Shown here: piece after piece, positions 1 through 12,087 of the stretch
Position numbering within the stretch: the first letter of the stretch is position 1
How the letters are laid out: every line of letters starts with the position of its first letter
From: the human T2T-CHM13v2.0 reference genome, Homo sapiens
Assembly: GCF_009914755.1 (NCBI RefSeq)
Contig: NC_060926.1
DNA: 64,000 nt
Reading direction: 5' to 3' (one strand)
Program-made: the position numbers and the translations under genes
The notes under the pieces: model-generated
Told to the model about the DNA's origin: nothing
Databases searched by the model: none
The model's input: only the letters and a program-made list of their open reading frames with translations

Positions 1-761
1 TGTGCATATAAATCAAAACCACAATGAGATACCATCTCAAGCCAGTCAGAATGGCGATTGTTAAAAAGTGAAGAAACAACAGATCCTGGAGAGGCTGCAG
101 AGAGACAGAAATGCTTTTACACTTTTCTTCTTAGTGTTGGTGGGAACGTAAGTCAGTTCAACCATTGTGGAAGACAGTGTGGCAATTCATCAGAGGCTTA
201 GAACCAGAAATGCCATTTGACCCAGCAATCTATTACTGGGCATATACCCAAAGGAATATAAGTCATTCTGTTATAAAGATACATGCACGTGTATGTTCAT
301 TGCAGCACTATGCACAATAGCCAAGACATGGACTCAACCCAAATGCCCATCAATGAGAGACCGGATAAAGAAAATGTGGTACATATATATCATGGAATAC
401 TATGCAGCCATAAAAAGGAACAAGATCATGTCCTTTGCAGGGCCATGGATGGAGCTGGAAGCCATCATCCTCTGCAAACTAACACAGGAACAGAAAATCA
501 AACATCACATGTTCTCACTCATCAGTGGGAGCTGAACAGTGAGAACACATGGACACAAGGAGGAGAACAACACACACTGAGGCCTGTCCGGGGTGGGAGA
601 ACGAGGCCTGTCGGGGGTGGGAGAACATCAAGAAAAATATCTAATGCATGCCAGGCTCAATGCATAGGTGATGGGTTAATAGGTGCAGCAAACCACCATG
701 GCACACATTTACCTATGTAACAAACCTGCACCTAGTGCACATGTACCCCAGAACTTAAAGT
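1..761 (+). mobile_element. L1 3' end (ORF2 C-terminus + 3' UTR), older L1PA-type
   Basis: AATCAAAACCACAATGAGATACCATCTC...; ORF 293-535 resembles the degenerate L1 ORF2 C-terminus (MFIAALCTIAKTWTQPKCPS); 3' UTR ends CATGTACCCCAGAACTTAAAGTA. Confidence 0.95.
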
Positions 762-789
762 ATGCGCATATTTTAAATGTAAGTGAAAA

Positions 790-980
790 GTATGAAATTG
801 CCCTTTAAAAATCCAATTTATTCTCACGCGAACAGAAAGAAGAATTGCCCTTTTTGTATCCCTTCTAATACTTGATAGTGTCAATAATTTAGATTTTTCT
901 AATATGTTGTATTTTTTAAATGGTATCTTGTCTTAATTTGCATTTTCCTCATTACCAGTGACCTTGAAGCTTATTCATGC
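790..980 (-). mobile_element. old L1M/L1ME fragment
   Basis: TGGTATCTTGTCTTAATTTGCATTTTCCTCATTACCAGTGA resembles antisense L1 ORF2 3' region. Confidence 0.55.
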
Positions 981-1054
981 TTGCATCCCTAGTGCCTAGC
1001 AGAGTCATTGGTATAAAACAAATACTAGTAAGTATTTTTATAAGGTCTACCAAA

Positions 1055-1275
1055 TACAATTGCAAGGTGCTGTGCTAGAAGGTGTACTACACATTTTATA
1101 TGCATGACCTCATTAATTCCTTGAACTGGTCTCTTAAGTATTTCTTTTTCCTTCCCATTTTACAGTAGAAAGACAGAATCCCTGCAAGGTTAGGTAAAGT
1201 CTTCAAGATCACATCGGTAATATGACAATGTAAAATTCCAGCCCAGGCCTGACTCCAGAAACTGAGTCACTTTCC
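1055..1275 (-). mobile_element. MIR SINE
   Basis: CCCATTTTACAG...AAGATCACA...CCCAGGCCTGACTCCAGA = reverse complement of MIR core. Confidence 0.75.
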
Positions 1276-2068
1276 ACCTTAACACTCCCGAGTTCTGATT
1301 GAGCATGTTCTTTGTACAGGGAGCTACAGAAGGTCTCAAGATCATGAATGCTGTACCCTCGTTCCAGATATAACTGGAGGGATCTGACATAAGTACAGAG
1401 AATCAGAAGAGTGACTTTAGTACTGGAGCTTGTAACTTACAGCTTGGCCAAGCTTTCTCCCCCAGCGCACATTTGGTACTCACGCAGCTCCTCAGGTAGA
1501 CAGGGCAGGTTGCTTAAACATTACTCACCCCCAGCTTGCAAATGCAGACCCTGACTCTCAGAGGGGTTATTGGCTGCCCAAGAGCACACAGTGGGCAGAT
1601 GTAGAGGACACAAAGTATCCAAGGAGGGGCCTGGGCAGGATGGAAATTAGACTCCCTAGGGGATACCCTGCAGGTTAGGCAAGCCAGGAAGGTTCTAGAA
1701 AAGGCAGAACTTGACTGGGACCTTGGATATGAGCAGGCAATGGGTGGAGGTATAGGAAGGATGCACAATGAATACATTTGATGTCTTAAATGTAAACATC
1801 AAAGGGACAGAAACAGTGTTTTTTGGAGCTTAGATTCACACGGTAAAGGCTAATCTGATGACCCACAGCAGAACTTCGTACTTTGTCTTCTCTGTGGCAA
1901 GCATGGTGATCCTGCTCCTTCCTCCATGACCCCTAAAGTTTCTGGGGCCCTGCTGTGATCTTTCACTCAGGAGCCTGCATTCTAAAAGGCTGGCCTGGGA
2001 ATGCAAGGCCAAAGTGGGGCAGGCCACTAGGAGACACCCCGACTTCTAACTTCCATGGGAGTTTCCTG

Positions 2069-2198
2069 GAAACTCCCCATCACATCCTCAACCTGTCCCC
2101 ACCCGCAAGGCAGGGGTACTACCACTGCCGACAGAAACTCCCCATCACATCCTCACCCTGGCCCCACCCGCAAGGCGGGGGTACTACAACTGCCGACA
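2069..2198. repeat. tandem duplication, 2 x 65 bp
   Basis: GAAACTCCCCATCACATCCTCA...TGCCGACA at 2069-2133 and 2134-2198, 4 mismatches. Confidence 0.95.
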
Positions 2199-2238
2199 TG
2201 CTCAGAGCACCCCACAGTGTACAAAATTGCTCGCTGCT

Positions 2239-3731
2239 CAGGGGTGGATATATTTTATCTGAAACCTGAAACTTTTACACTTCCAAGGATCCACGATTAG
2301 AAAAAGAATACAAAATAACAAAATTAAAATCACATTAAATTAATAATTATTTGGAATTAAAAATAAAATTTTTGTAAATAACAAAATGTCAAAAGCAGAC
2401 AAATACAGTACCATGGAATCTAGAAAACAAGCCTTTTTTATTTTTAATTATATGCCTGATAACACCTTTACAATCTTTCTTTCTACATTTTGTGTCTGCA
2501 CACTCTTTGATCCTCTTTTCATATGATTTCAATGATTTGCTATACTTATTTGCATAGAAACAGTAAAAAATTAATTCAGTCTTTCTTCTAGCATGATTGA
2601 TTAAAACTCAGGTTTCAGTCATACTATTTGGGATGCATAAAACATGACTTTGCACACAGACATACTTGCTAATTGTGGTGCTGTGGTACCAATGGCCCCT
2701 CCGTCTGACTGTGGCCTGGTCCCAGCCTCAAATTGGATACACTTCACAAAATACAAGTATTTTGAGAAATTCCATTTCACATGACTCCCATCAAACAACC
2801 AAAAAAAGGTGGTTTTATAATTATATAATATATATATATATATGTCACTGACTTTATTCTTTTTTTTTTTTTTTTTTTGACATGTAGTCTTGCTCTGCCG
2901 CCCAAGCTGGAGTGCAGTGGTGCGATCTCAGCTCACCGCAACTCCTGCCTGCCAGGTTCAAGCAATTCTCCTGCCTCAGCTTCCTGAGTAGCTGGGACTA
3001 TGGCGCGCACCACAATGCCCAGCTAATTTTCGTATTTTTAGTTTCACCATGGGGTTTCACCATTTGGCCAGGCTGGCCTTGAGCTCCTGACCTTGCGATT
3101 CGCCTGCCCTGGCCTCCCAAAGTGCTGGAATTACAAGCACGAGCCACCACGCCCCGCCAACTGACTATATTCTTAACAGGAAAGAACTTCTATTTGATTA
3201 TTAGATAAGAACCAAACATCTCACTTCGGTCTGCACATCTCATGATTAGAAGCTCCCGCGACTAGCTCTGGCTGTGTACTTTTCACACATTGTTGCTCCT
3301 GCACCAGCCACAGACATCTGCTGCCTGGTGCCCTCAGACGTGTCATATTGTTTTACAACCTCTGACCTTACACTTCTGTGTCGTGATGCCAGGTGGGTTT
3401 GCAGAGTGAACAGTAGGAGGACTTCTGGAAGCCCTTCCTCCCTGACGACAAGCAGCAGTAGCCTAACTATTTCCAAAAGTGACTGCGACCATGTGAATAT
3501 CTCCCACTGAATTCACTCGAATATGTTCCCAAAGCTAATTTGGCCCGTAGCCACTCCATGCCGCCTGGCCAGAGAGGAAGTGGGATGGGGAGGAAGTCAG
3601 AATAGAAAGAGACAATTATCTTAACCAATTACAGATACAATGTCTTCTGCAAATTTTACCAAAAGATGTAATCATGTGAATTTAGACCCTGAGGCATCAT
3701 CTTCGTTGGCCTAGTGGTAAATCCATCTCTG
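2239..3731 (+). mobile_element. hAT-Tip100 DNA transposon remnant (Zaphod/MER115-like), interrupted by an Alu
   Basis: termini CAGGGGTGGATAT...AAATCCATCTCTG form imperfect TIRs; sub-terminal AGAAAAAGAATACAAAAT and GGTAAATCC resemble recalled MER115/Zaphod ends. Confidence 0.7.
2862..3158 (-). mobile_element. AluS
   Basis: poly-T then antisense Alu dimer; 15-bp TSD ACTGACT(T/A)TATTCTT at 2847-2861 and 3160-3174. Confidence 0.97.
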
Positions 3732-3824
3732 CTCTGGCTCCTGACATGGTCCTAGTTCCACCAAAACCCTAGGAATAAATATTTGTAATGGTGACTCAAC
3801 TGCTTGTGAAAATAGACATAGTGG

Positions 3825-4000
3825 ACATAAATCTGAATACACACTCTGACTCTGACTAGCCCTCTGTCTTTGGGCAAGTGGCTTATCTGCACTTGAAACT
3901 TAGTTTCCTAATCTGTAAAATGGAAACAATGACACCAATTTCCTGAGGCTGCACTGAGGATTAAACAAGATGTCATCAGTGAAAGCCAAGTACAAAGCTA
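3825..4000 (+). mobile_element. MIR SINE
   Basis: TTGGGCAAGT...AGTTTCCTAATCTGTAAAATGG...GAGGATTAAA. Confidence 0.8.
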
Positions 4001-4984
4001 TTGGCATTGCTGCGGTTGCACACTGAATGAATGAGTGGAAAATGGGGATGTCTGGAAGCCAGCCCCCAGCTTCCTGTGCTAACAACCTCTAAGGCGCCTT
4101 CAGCTCAGAAACACCCTATGATTCAAAATCCTCATAGAAAAAAGTCAGGGAAGGATTTAAAGAAATTGTTCCATATGATTTTTCACAGGCTCGTCAGTGA
4201 CTCTGTGTGGGTCAAAGAAGATTAAGGGCCTCTGGAAATTCAAAGGCTGATTACATCAAATCCTATCCCAGGAGCCAAGAAGGGAGTGTGCACCACAGCT
4301 CAATATTCTATGCACAAGCCAGGAGCTTTTAGATAAGCATTTTGGGGGAGCTAACAGAAGGTGAGGGGTTTCCATAAAGCCATGACTTTAAAACAAATCC
4401 TCCGAAGTACAGAGAGCTGAGCTCTGCTCACCACCTCCAAACCCAGCAGTTCCCTCCCTGAGGCTGTGGCCTGGCCCCAGTCTCAGCTCGGACACCCCAG
4501 CCACTGATGGAATCCAATTCCTTCCGGCAGCCTCTGAGGGCCAGAAGAACTCAGAAAGGACAGCCTGGGAGGCTGATCATCTCCTGACTTGTCTTCATTC
4601 CTGGTGCCTCCTCCAAGCTCTGCTAAAGGTGAGGGGGTGGGGATGTCTCTGCACTAAATGGGGAACAAATTAAGTGGCAGCTTAAGTCTTGTAATAGGTC
4701 AGGCAGGTGGTGATGTGAGTGATGCATCTTCAAGACGGTGATCCATCTTCCCCGTCTCCAGAGAGAATGACAGCTCAGCAGAGAGAGAGGAGCACTCTGC
4801 GAGGATGGAATCGAGAAGGCTGCCCCTGCAGCCCAACCCTGCTCAAGGCCTTCAGAAGGTCCCCTGGAGCTTGAAGTACCTGCAAAGAGCAGGATCCTAG
4901 GAGCCAAAGGAGGTCTCAAGAGCACGGACTGTTTTTCTCCGCTGCAGAGTCATAGTCATTGTGTTCCTATTGTGTGTCAGACAC

Positions 4985-5100
4985 ACACTCATTTAACCTC
5001 GCCACAGTCCAGCAAGGTAAGGCTTATTACAGGTGGGAAAATTGAGGCTCCAAGAGGTTACAATGACTTTCCCAGGGTAACATAGAGCCTGAATTCACAA
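4985..5100 (-). mobile_element. MIR SINE
   Basis: CTCATTTAACCTC...GAAAATTGAGGCTC...TGACTTTCCCAGGGTAACA. Confidence 0.7.
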
Positions 5101-5699
5101 ACAGGTAGGGATCTCTGATTACCGCAAGATTGTTGGTTTATTTGTTCTGATCAAAGAAGTCTTGGCTGAGTCTTAAGCACATGCGTATGGACCTGCCCAG
5201 GCACGACCACCTTGTGTTCCCTAAGACAGCAAACATTCAGGGCTCCGGAAGAAAAAAATCAAAGGAAAAGCTCCTCAGAAAATTGATCAAAAACAGCAAA
5301 TAACAGCCAGGGGTGAACTTATGCTGTCTAGACTCAGCAAACAGATGTGGGGCTCAGCAGTTGGCCTGCACCAAGCTCGTGGCAACCTGCCAGTTCCAAA
5401 CTGGCAAGCTAAGGGCTTTCTTGAAACCCACTGCTCATGTCAGACTCTGGGGTTTTTGTCTTTCTAAGCCCCACCCTTGCCCTTGGTCCAGGAGGTGGCC
5501 TTCACAGGGGCTGCTCTCCTTCAGACTTTGCTACCCATAAATCCCAGTGCTCGCACTTGTCCCTAAGTCATTCCGTGACAGTTAATCCAAAGGCCCCATC
5601 GTACATTGCCTAATCCCTGATGGTTGAGGTTATCTCTGCCTTCCTGTGCGGTAAAATCAGTTTACTTTTTTCCTCTTTCATCAGTTTGTTTGCATTGAG

Positions 5700-5900
5700 C
5701 TACTGCCTAATTAAACTTTCCTCTCTAGCTTCATCCCCTCAAATCTAACCTACACATCACCGGCAGATTAAATTCACCAAAGCTCAACTGTGATCACATC
5801 AGCCCCTACCCACAATCCTTCAATAGGAGCTCCCCTTTGCACAAGGTTACTCTCTATTCCAATATTCACATCACTCTTCATTCAAGCCAGACGGAGCTAC
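5700..5900 (+). mobile_element. L2 fragment
   Basis: CTGTGATCACATCAGCCCCTACCCACAATCCTTCAATAGGAGCTCCCC resembles L2 3' region. Confidence 0.55.
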
Positions 5901-7554
5901 CTTGTGTCCCCTGAGGAGAGAGCACATCTCACCACTATTGGGAGTTTTGGTCCACATTTATGGAGGCAGGGAGAGCTGAGTCCCATGGGGGAGGCTCAAG
6001 GACCACCTCAGGAATAGAAGAAGTGAGCCAGTATCCATGAGAACATCTGAGGTCTCTCTCCCAAGGGAGTCGGTAGCCACAGACCAAGGCCAACAACTGC
6101 AAATTCTGAGATTCAGGAGCATTTTGTTCACCCACATCTGTTCTCTACATTTGTGTCTTTTTCCAGAAAAACCATTACAAGAGAAACAGCTGCAGGGTGG
6201 GAGTGCCTGAAGGATGAAGTGGCAGGATCCCATTCTGTAGCATGTGGAGGAGTCCCCAAGGGGGAGAGTGGCAACTGAAAGGGAAACAAACCAGGCCAAA
6301 TGCCTGGGGAGGGCCGGCAGGAAAAGTCAGCCAGGGACAGACAAATGGTCCTGTGGCTCAGATGTGGGGCAGGCTATCCAGTGCTGGGAATTATCTCAGG
6401 ACAGCAGTAAGTACTCTTTGTACACCAGTTGAAAAAGCAAACAGATACTGAACAAGTGAAGAAATCTTCCGCCACTCCACCCGGCAGCTGTCCAGTGCTG
6501 GTTTCCATAGCATCTGGGCCTCTGCACCATCTGCACTGTGAGAAACGTTAGCCACCTTGCTTCCAGGGGCTCTGCCGGCTTTGGTGTTCTATTTTTTTCT
6601 TTTCTTTTTTTCCCTTTTCTCTACTACATGGAAATAAGGCCTGGGAAGATGGGGCCATTTTCAGGCTTGAGAGCACACGTTCCCAAGTAGGCTTTGGAGC
6701 AGACTTCGTCTTAGCGAGTCAAAGTGAAGTGAGAAATGAAGGTGATACGTGTTTGTGCTTCACATGTTCCTCTATTTGCTTTCAACATAGACAATATTTA
6801 ATAGCACATGCAGCTTCTAAATCCTCCTGATATTTCTGGAACTGAGGATTGCTGGAGGCCTCATGTAAAAACGGAGTCCAAATTGGTTTCTTTTGTAAGA
6901 AAGGCAATGGCAAGGAAGGAGGCAAACCTAGGTGGCCAGTGGCCTTTCCCCTCCGTTCTTCTCTGCCTGTAAGTGCGTAATTGCCATCCTCAGAGCCAGA
7001 AATGCAAAGAGATGTCAAGGGTAGTTTGAACCCCAAAAGTGACAACGTCATGTGCTGGCTTGGAGCTAAGCACTGGGCAGTAATGACCATAATTTAGTCT
7101 GGTTTCTACTTATTATTACAGAGGCTGTTAACTGTAACAGAAGAATGAAAATTGCTGGGAGAAGGAAGTAGAGAAAATCGATCCAGGAAATTGGAAAATA
7201 AGTGAAATGAACAACAATCAGGCTAAAATAACTACCAGGAAAGGAGAGAGAGGAAAGGGCACACCAAGGGCTTAGGTAGAAATTCACAGGAAGCCCATTG
7301 GCGAGGTCTTCTTTGCATCTCTTCTGAGGGATGACCCAGACTGAAACTAGCATATTCCCTGTGTGTTCTCAATGAGAGATGAGGATGGCAGGGCTGTGAA
7401 GACACTCTGCCCCCTTTCTTAGAGGAGAAATCATTCCCTGCCAGGTCCAAGGGAAGATAGACACCCAAAAGAGCCCTGGCTGCCTGCCTAACAGGACTCA
7501 AATCCATAAATGGAGAGATTCTGGAATCTTCACACACCAATTAATAACTAAATT

Positions 7555-7820
7555 TGGCAAAACCACAGCCCATGACTTAAACCAGAAAGCAGCAGTCTTT
7601 TGCAGTAAAAGGCCAGCTAGTATATATTTCAGACTTCGGTCTGATGCAATGACTTTGCATGGTTCCTGATGCAACGACTTGACTCTGCCTTGTAGTAAGA
7701 AGGCAGCCATACACAATAACATTAACAAGCGGCTGTGGCTGCCAGCCAGTAAAACTTGCTTTACAAAAACAGGCAGTAGGTCACATTTGGTTCATGAGCC
7801 ATAGTTCTCCAACCCCCGAT
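7555..7820 (-). mobile_element. MER58 (hAT-Charlie)
   Basis: GGCAGCCATACACAATA...AAAACTTGCTTTACAAAAACAGGC...CCATAGTTCTCCAACCCC = reverse complement of MER58. Confidence 0.8.
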
Positions 7821-7829
7821 TTACATAAT

Positions 7830-8050
7830 AATAACAAATCCTACTTAACGGCACTTTACCATTTACACAGCACCCTTCCTCGCTTAGTCACTGGGTCATC
7901 TCCGTAATCTGTGAGGAGGCAGAGTAGGAGTCACTAGACTCATCTGACAGATGAGGAATTGGAGGTTACACAAGGTCACACAGCCTGTGGGCACCAAAAA
8001 CCGGGACATTGCCTCCCTGTGCGTCTTGGACCCCTGCACGTTTAGCTTGG
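7830..8050 (-). mobile_element. MIR SINE
   Basis: ACAGATGAGGAATTGGAGG...CAAGGTCACACAGC. Confidence 0.7.
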
Positions 8051-8059
8051 CTCCTAGTC

Positions 8060-8800
8060 CTGCTGCCTCCACCTTCCAAGGATCTCAGGCTGAGCTGTGC
8101 CACTTCCATTATCCCTGTCTCTGTCCTAGCCCATCTTGTCTTTCATAGGAAATTTCTAACAGTCAGGTTTGAGCATGTCATATTTCTGCTAAAAGCCCAT
8201 CCATATCCATCCATGACCTGCAAGCTAAGGTCCAACCATCTTGGCCAGGACACAGGACTGTCCTGGCTCTGGCATCTGCCTGACTCTTCACCCCTTGCTG
8301 TGATTTCCTAAGCCTCAGTAATTTTAAACAGCATCACATGCCTCCAAGTGCTATGGTAAGCCTGAGCCTTTGCCTTCACTTGCTGTGCCAGAAAGTCTAA
8401 TCCTGCCCTCTCCCCCTTAATCACACCAGGATTTCTTTGCTAAGGAGGCCTTGAAGGTTTAAGGGGTTAAAATGTTCCCAGCAATTAGAAAACCTGGGTT
8501 CTAAGTCTAGCTCTGCCAGGAACCAGTGGGCCTCTACCAGTGAGCCCACCCTCAGCACTCAACTCAGCATCTCACCTTGGAGGGTGCCTTCTGACTCATC
8601 CCCACACTAGCCTGCCAGGGCTCCCGGGGATTGTAAAAAGCCCTGCTCTGTCTGTTGCCTGAAAACTTGATGCATTCGGGCAGAGATCCTCTTAGTAACC
8701 TTTCTATTCCCAAGCACATGGGCCAGTACCTGGTACAGAGCAGACGAATAATGAATGCTGATTGACTGGATGGATAAATGAATGAATCAACGAATGAAGT
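8060..8800 (+). mobile_element. L2 fragments (with a short MIR at ~8460-8540)
   Basis: L2 3' motifs ending CCTGGTACAGAGCAG...AATAATGAATGCTG...AATGAATGAAT. Confidence 0.6.
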
Positions 8801-9329
8801 TCATAGAAGAGAAAACAAATTTTCACATGGACTTTTACTAATAAAGGGTTAGGCTGAACAGAGAGAAAACTTAAAAACTTTTTTTTTTTTGCTTAAATAT
8901 ACAATTTAGACAATTCCCCAGTTGTGCTTCCAATTACTTAGATTCTAAATGACAGAATTTGCATTCTGTAAGACTACCTGCTAATATGCTGATGCTGCCT
9001 GATTTGCAGGTAAGTAGCAGGGAAAGGTCTTTGCATGGCTGAGTTCTCTCACATTGATAAAGAATCAGCGACAGCTGACTTGACAATGAACTCCCAGCTC
9101 AGAAACCCCCCGGTCCAATTATTTCAGCTATACTCAAGCCTATTGACATTACACATACAGAAGAATGAACAGCAAAACCTATTAATGAGGTTTTTCATAA
9201 GATAGAAAAATAAACACAATCTGCAGGAAAGCATACTGACAAGGGGCTCAGCAGAGTATAGAATTAAGATTTCACAAAACAACTAGAATGTCAGGGTTCT
9301 TTCCTAGAGTGGCCATGGAACATGAGGAG

Positions 9330-9520
9330 ACTCTATGAGTTGAAACTCCAAAGTCTTTGACCTGACTCAGATCTCTGCAAGTCACTTAGATAAGACTCTG
9401 TTTTCTCCTCTGCATAATGGGGGTTATAATCTATGCTCTGCTCACCTCACAGAATGGTTGTGAGGGTTAAAAGAGATGATAGTTGTGGCCTTATTTTCTA
9501 AATTGTAAACAACTATAAAG
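9330..9520 (+). mobile_element. MIR SINE
   Basis: GCAAGTCACTTA...TGTTTTCTCCTCTGCATAATGGGG...GGTTGTGAGGGTTAAA. Confidence 0.7.
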
Positions 9521-9889
9521 AGGTGAGGAGTTACCCTAGCTTTCATGACTCTGATCAATCTGGCCATTATTTTTCACTGAAAGGCATCAGGATGATTCCC
9601 ATATAAAGACAGTGCTTTGAACATTTAGCCTTCTGTTTGAAATAAAACATAAATACATTTGCTAGTACCAAAAAATAATTGGGGTAAGGCTAGCACACAA
9701 CAACGAAATGTCATATGCTAATAGAAACTCCCTAAGGGATGGTGTATCAAAATCAGATTTCAAAGGCAAGAGCCCATTCTGACCAATTAGCAAAGACTGA
9801 TCAATTTCTAAATATGATTTCCTCCCAAAATAAATATCAAAATCTCTGTCATGTATTTCCCAACATTTCTGAAGCCTGCAAATCAGACA

Positions 9890-10110
9890 AATCAATCCAG
9901 GGAGCCATTGTTGACCACCAACGCCATGTGAGGCACTGTGCTGGGATCTAAAAATACAATGCGACATGATCCTGAGCTCACAGTCCAACAGGGCGACAGT
10001 GAAGAGAATAAGTATTCCAGAACAGTGGGAGAGGAGCTGACGCTGAGATCTGAGCAAAATGCTGAGGAAGCACAGAGATAGAAGCCATTCTTTGCACATG
10101 TTTGGGCAGT
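9890..10110 (-). mobile_element. L2 3' fragment
   Basis: CCATGTGAGGCACTGTGCTGGGATCT...GAGCTCACAGTCCA. Confidence 0.6.
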
Positions 10111-10284
10111 AACTTTCCAAACCACCAGTAACATGGCTGCCCATGGTGCAGTTGGAGTGGCCTTGCAGTGTTTCATTTTGTTATCAGAGAGCATGCAGAA
10201 GTGCTTCCCATTTTGCCACCCAAAATGTCTTTCCCAACTTTTTTCATTTGATTGTTTTGTTTTGTTTTTTTAATTTAAAAAAAT

Positions 10285-10630
10285 GTGGTGTATACATATA
10301 CATATATATACATCCAGTCCCATTGTATATATACATCACATTTTTTAATCAATTCATATGTCAACAAACACTTAGGTTGTTTCCATGCCTTGGCTAATTG
10401 TGAATAATGCTGCAATGAACACAGAAGTGCAGATATCTCTATGAGGTGCTGATTTAATTTCCTTCAGGTATATACCTGGAAATTGGAGCTAAATCACAAA
10501 GTAGTTCTACGCCAAATTTTTTAAGGAACCTCCATATTGTTTTCCATATGGCTATACTAATTTGCATTCCCACTAACAGTCTACAAGAGTTTCTTTTTCT
10601 CTACCTCCTTGCCAACACTTACTGCTTTTC
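10285..10630 (-). mobile_element. L1M (L1MA/MB) fragment
   Basis: CACTTAGGTTGTTTCCATGCCTTGGCTAATTGTGAATAATGCTGCAATGAAC...CCTTGCCAACACTT. Confidence 0.85.
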
Positions 10631-12087
10631 TTTTTGAAGACAAAGGTTTGTAGACAAAGCCTGTAAGAGAGTGTGTACCCACTAATTTCAGCAGACCCAG
10701 GGCTTCCCTGTGTCCCATCAGTCCACATTCAGCTTTCACCAATTAGTGAGCTCTTCCAGCTGAACTATTCCTACTCATGTGTCTATCTCAGGTGAATGTA
10801 TGTTCATATTTTCTCTCCCATAGGCACTGTCTCTCCTTAGACTCCTCACAAGTCATTACCTTCATGACCTCAGCTCTCCAATGGTTTCAAAAGCAGTCAT
10901 GCATTTGAAATAAGCCCAGTTCTTTTTCATTGCAAAGGTGGCAGTAATACTCCTTTCATCTGTCTACATCCTGGGGTGGAAGCTGGATTCAGTATGTTTT
11001 CATAGCTAATTTTTATTTTAGTTCTTAAGGCTTAATTTGAATGAGATACAAATCTATTCTAACTGGAATGTCATATTCCAATTCATATAGTCTTAAAACA
11101 TTTTTAAGAATATAAAAAATCTCTCAATATATATCAACCTCCAAGAAATGTTTTTAATCATTGTACACACATAATTATAGAATTTGGGAGGATTATCACT
11201 TAGACCCAACAAACACAAACTTTGAACACTACTCTTCAGGTTCCTGAAGCAATTATAATGAGAATAATTTTAAGAAGGACAGAAAACTCCCTTTCTGGAA
11301 TAACAAGAAGTGGCTGGTGCTGTGAGGAAGTGGGGAAGTCACTCTATTTTTATTTTATATATTTTTTTGCCACTTTAATACTAAGAGTGGTTTTATTTTT
11401 AGTTCACTTTTAATTAGTTGTACAGAAGAAGAAAGTTGAGTCAGTTGCAGGCAGCGGGGAAAAAGAGTTATTCTGGCCAACTGCATACTAACTAGAGTCT
11501 GGAACCTGGTGAATGGGCATGAATTTAATTAATGACTAACTCTAAGATGGGGGCCTGGCCTTAGTAAATGTTCCCCAGGTGAATACTGTGCCTTCAAGGG
11601 TCGGTTTCAGAGAGGCAGCATGGAGAAGAGAGGCAGAGGCACAGAATCACAGCAAAAGGGCTCCAGGAAGACCTATAACTGGTCCAGTCAACATCATCAG
11701 GGGAGCAGCAAGACACCACGGGCCTGCTGGTGGGACTTCTGACTGCTAGGCCAGGCAGATGGGAAGTTTACACTCTAGGTTTCTGAGCAGCAGAGATGTT
11801 TCCTAAAGATGAGTCTTTCAAGCAAGATGGATTGAAACAAGGAGCTTGATTCAGGCAGTAGAGCCTAGAGATTAAGTGATGAGGGTCCTGCCTAACCTGC
11901 TGGCAATAGGATTGAGACAGAGGTTTGCAACACATGATGAATGCAAAGGAGAATGAATTGTTTTATTGCCTGAATATAGTGAACAAGGGAGAAGGAGGCA
12001 CAGATGGTTCAGGTTCTATGCCTCAGCCTTGCCTCTGCAGAGATGTGGTGCTGACGGAGAGGCCCATTGGCTGAGGCAAACCAAGTG

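Noticed and set aside
283-720. ORFs of 145 and 80 aa
   Set aside because: Translations of a decayed L1 3' end
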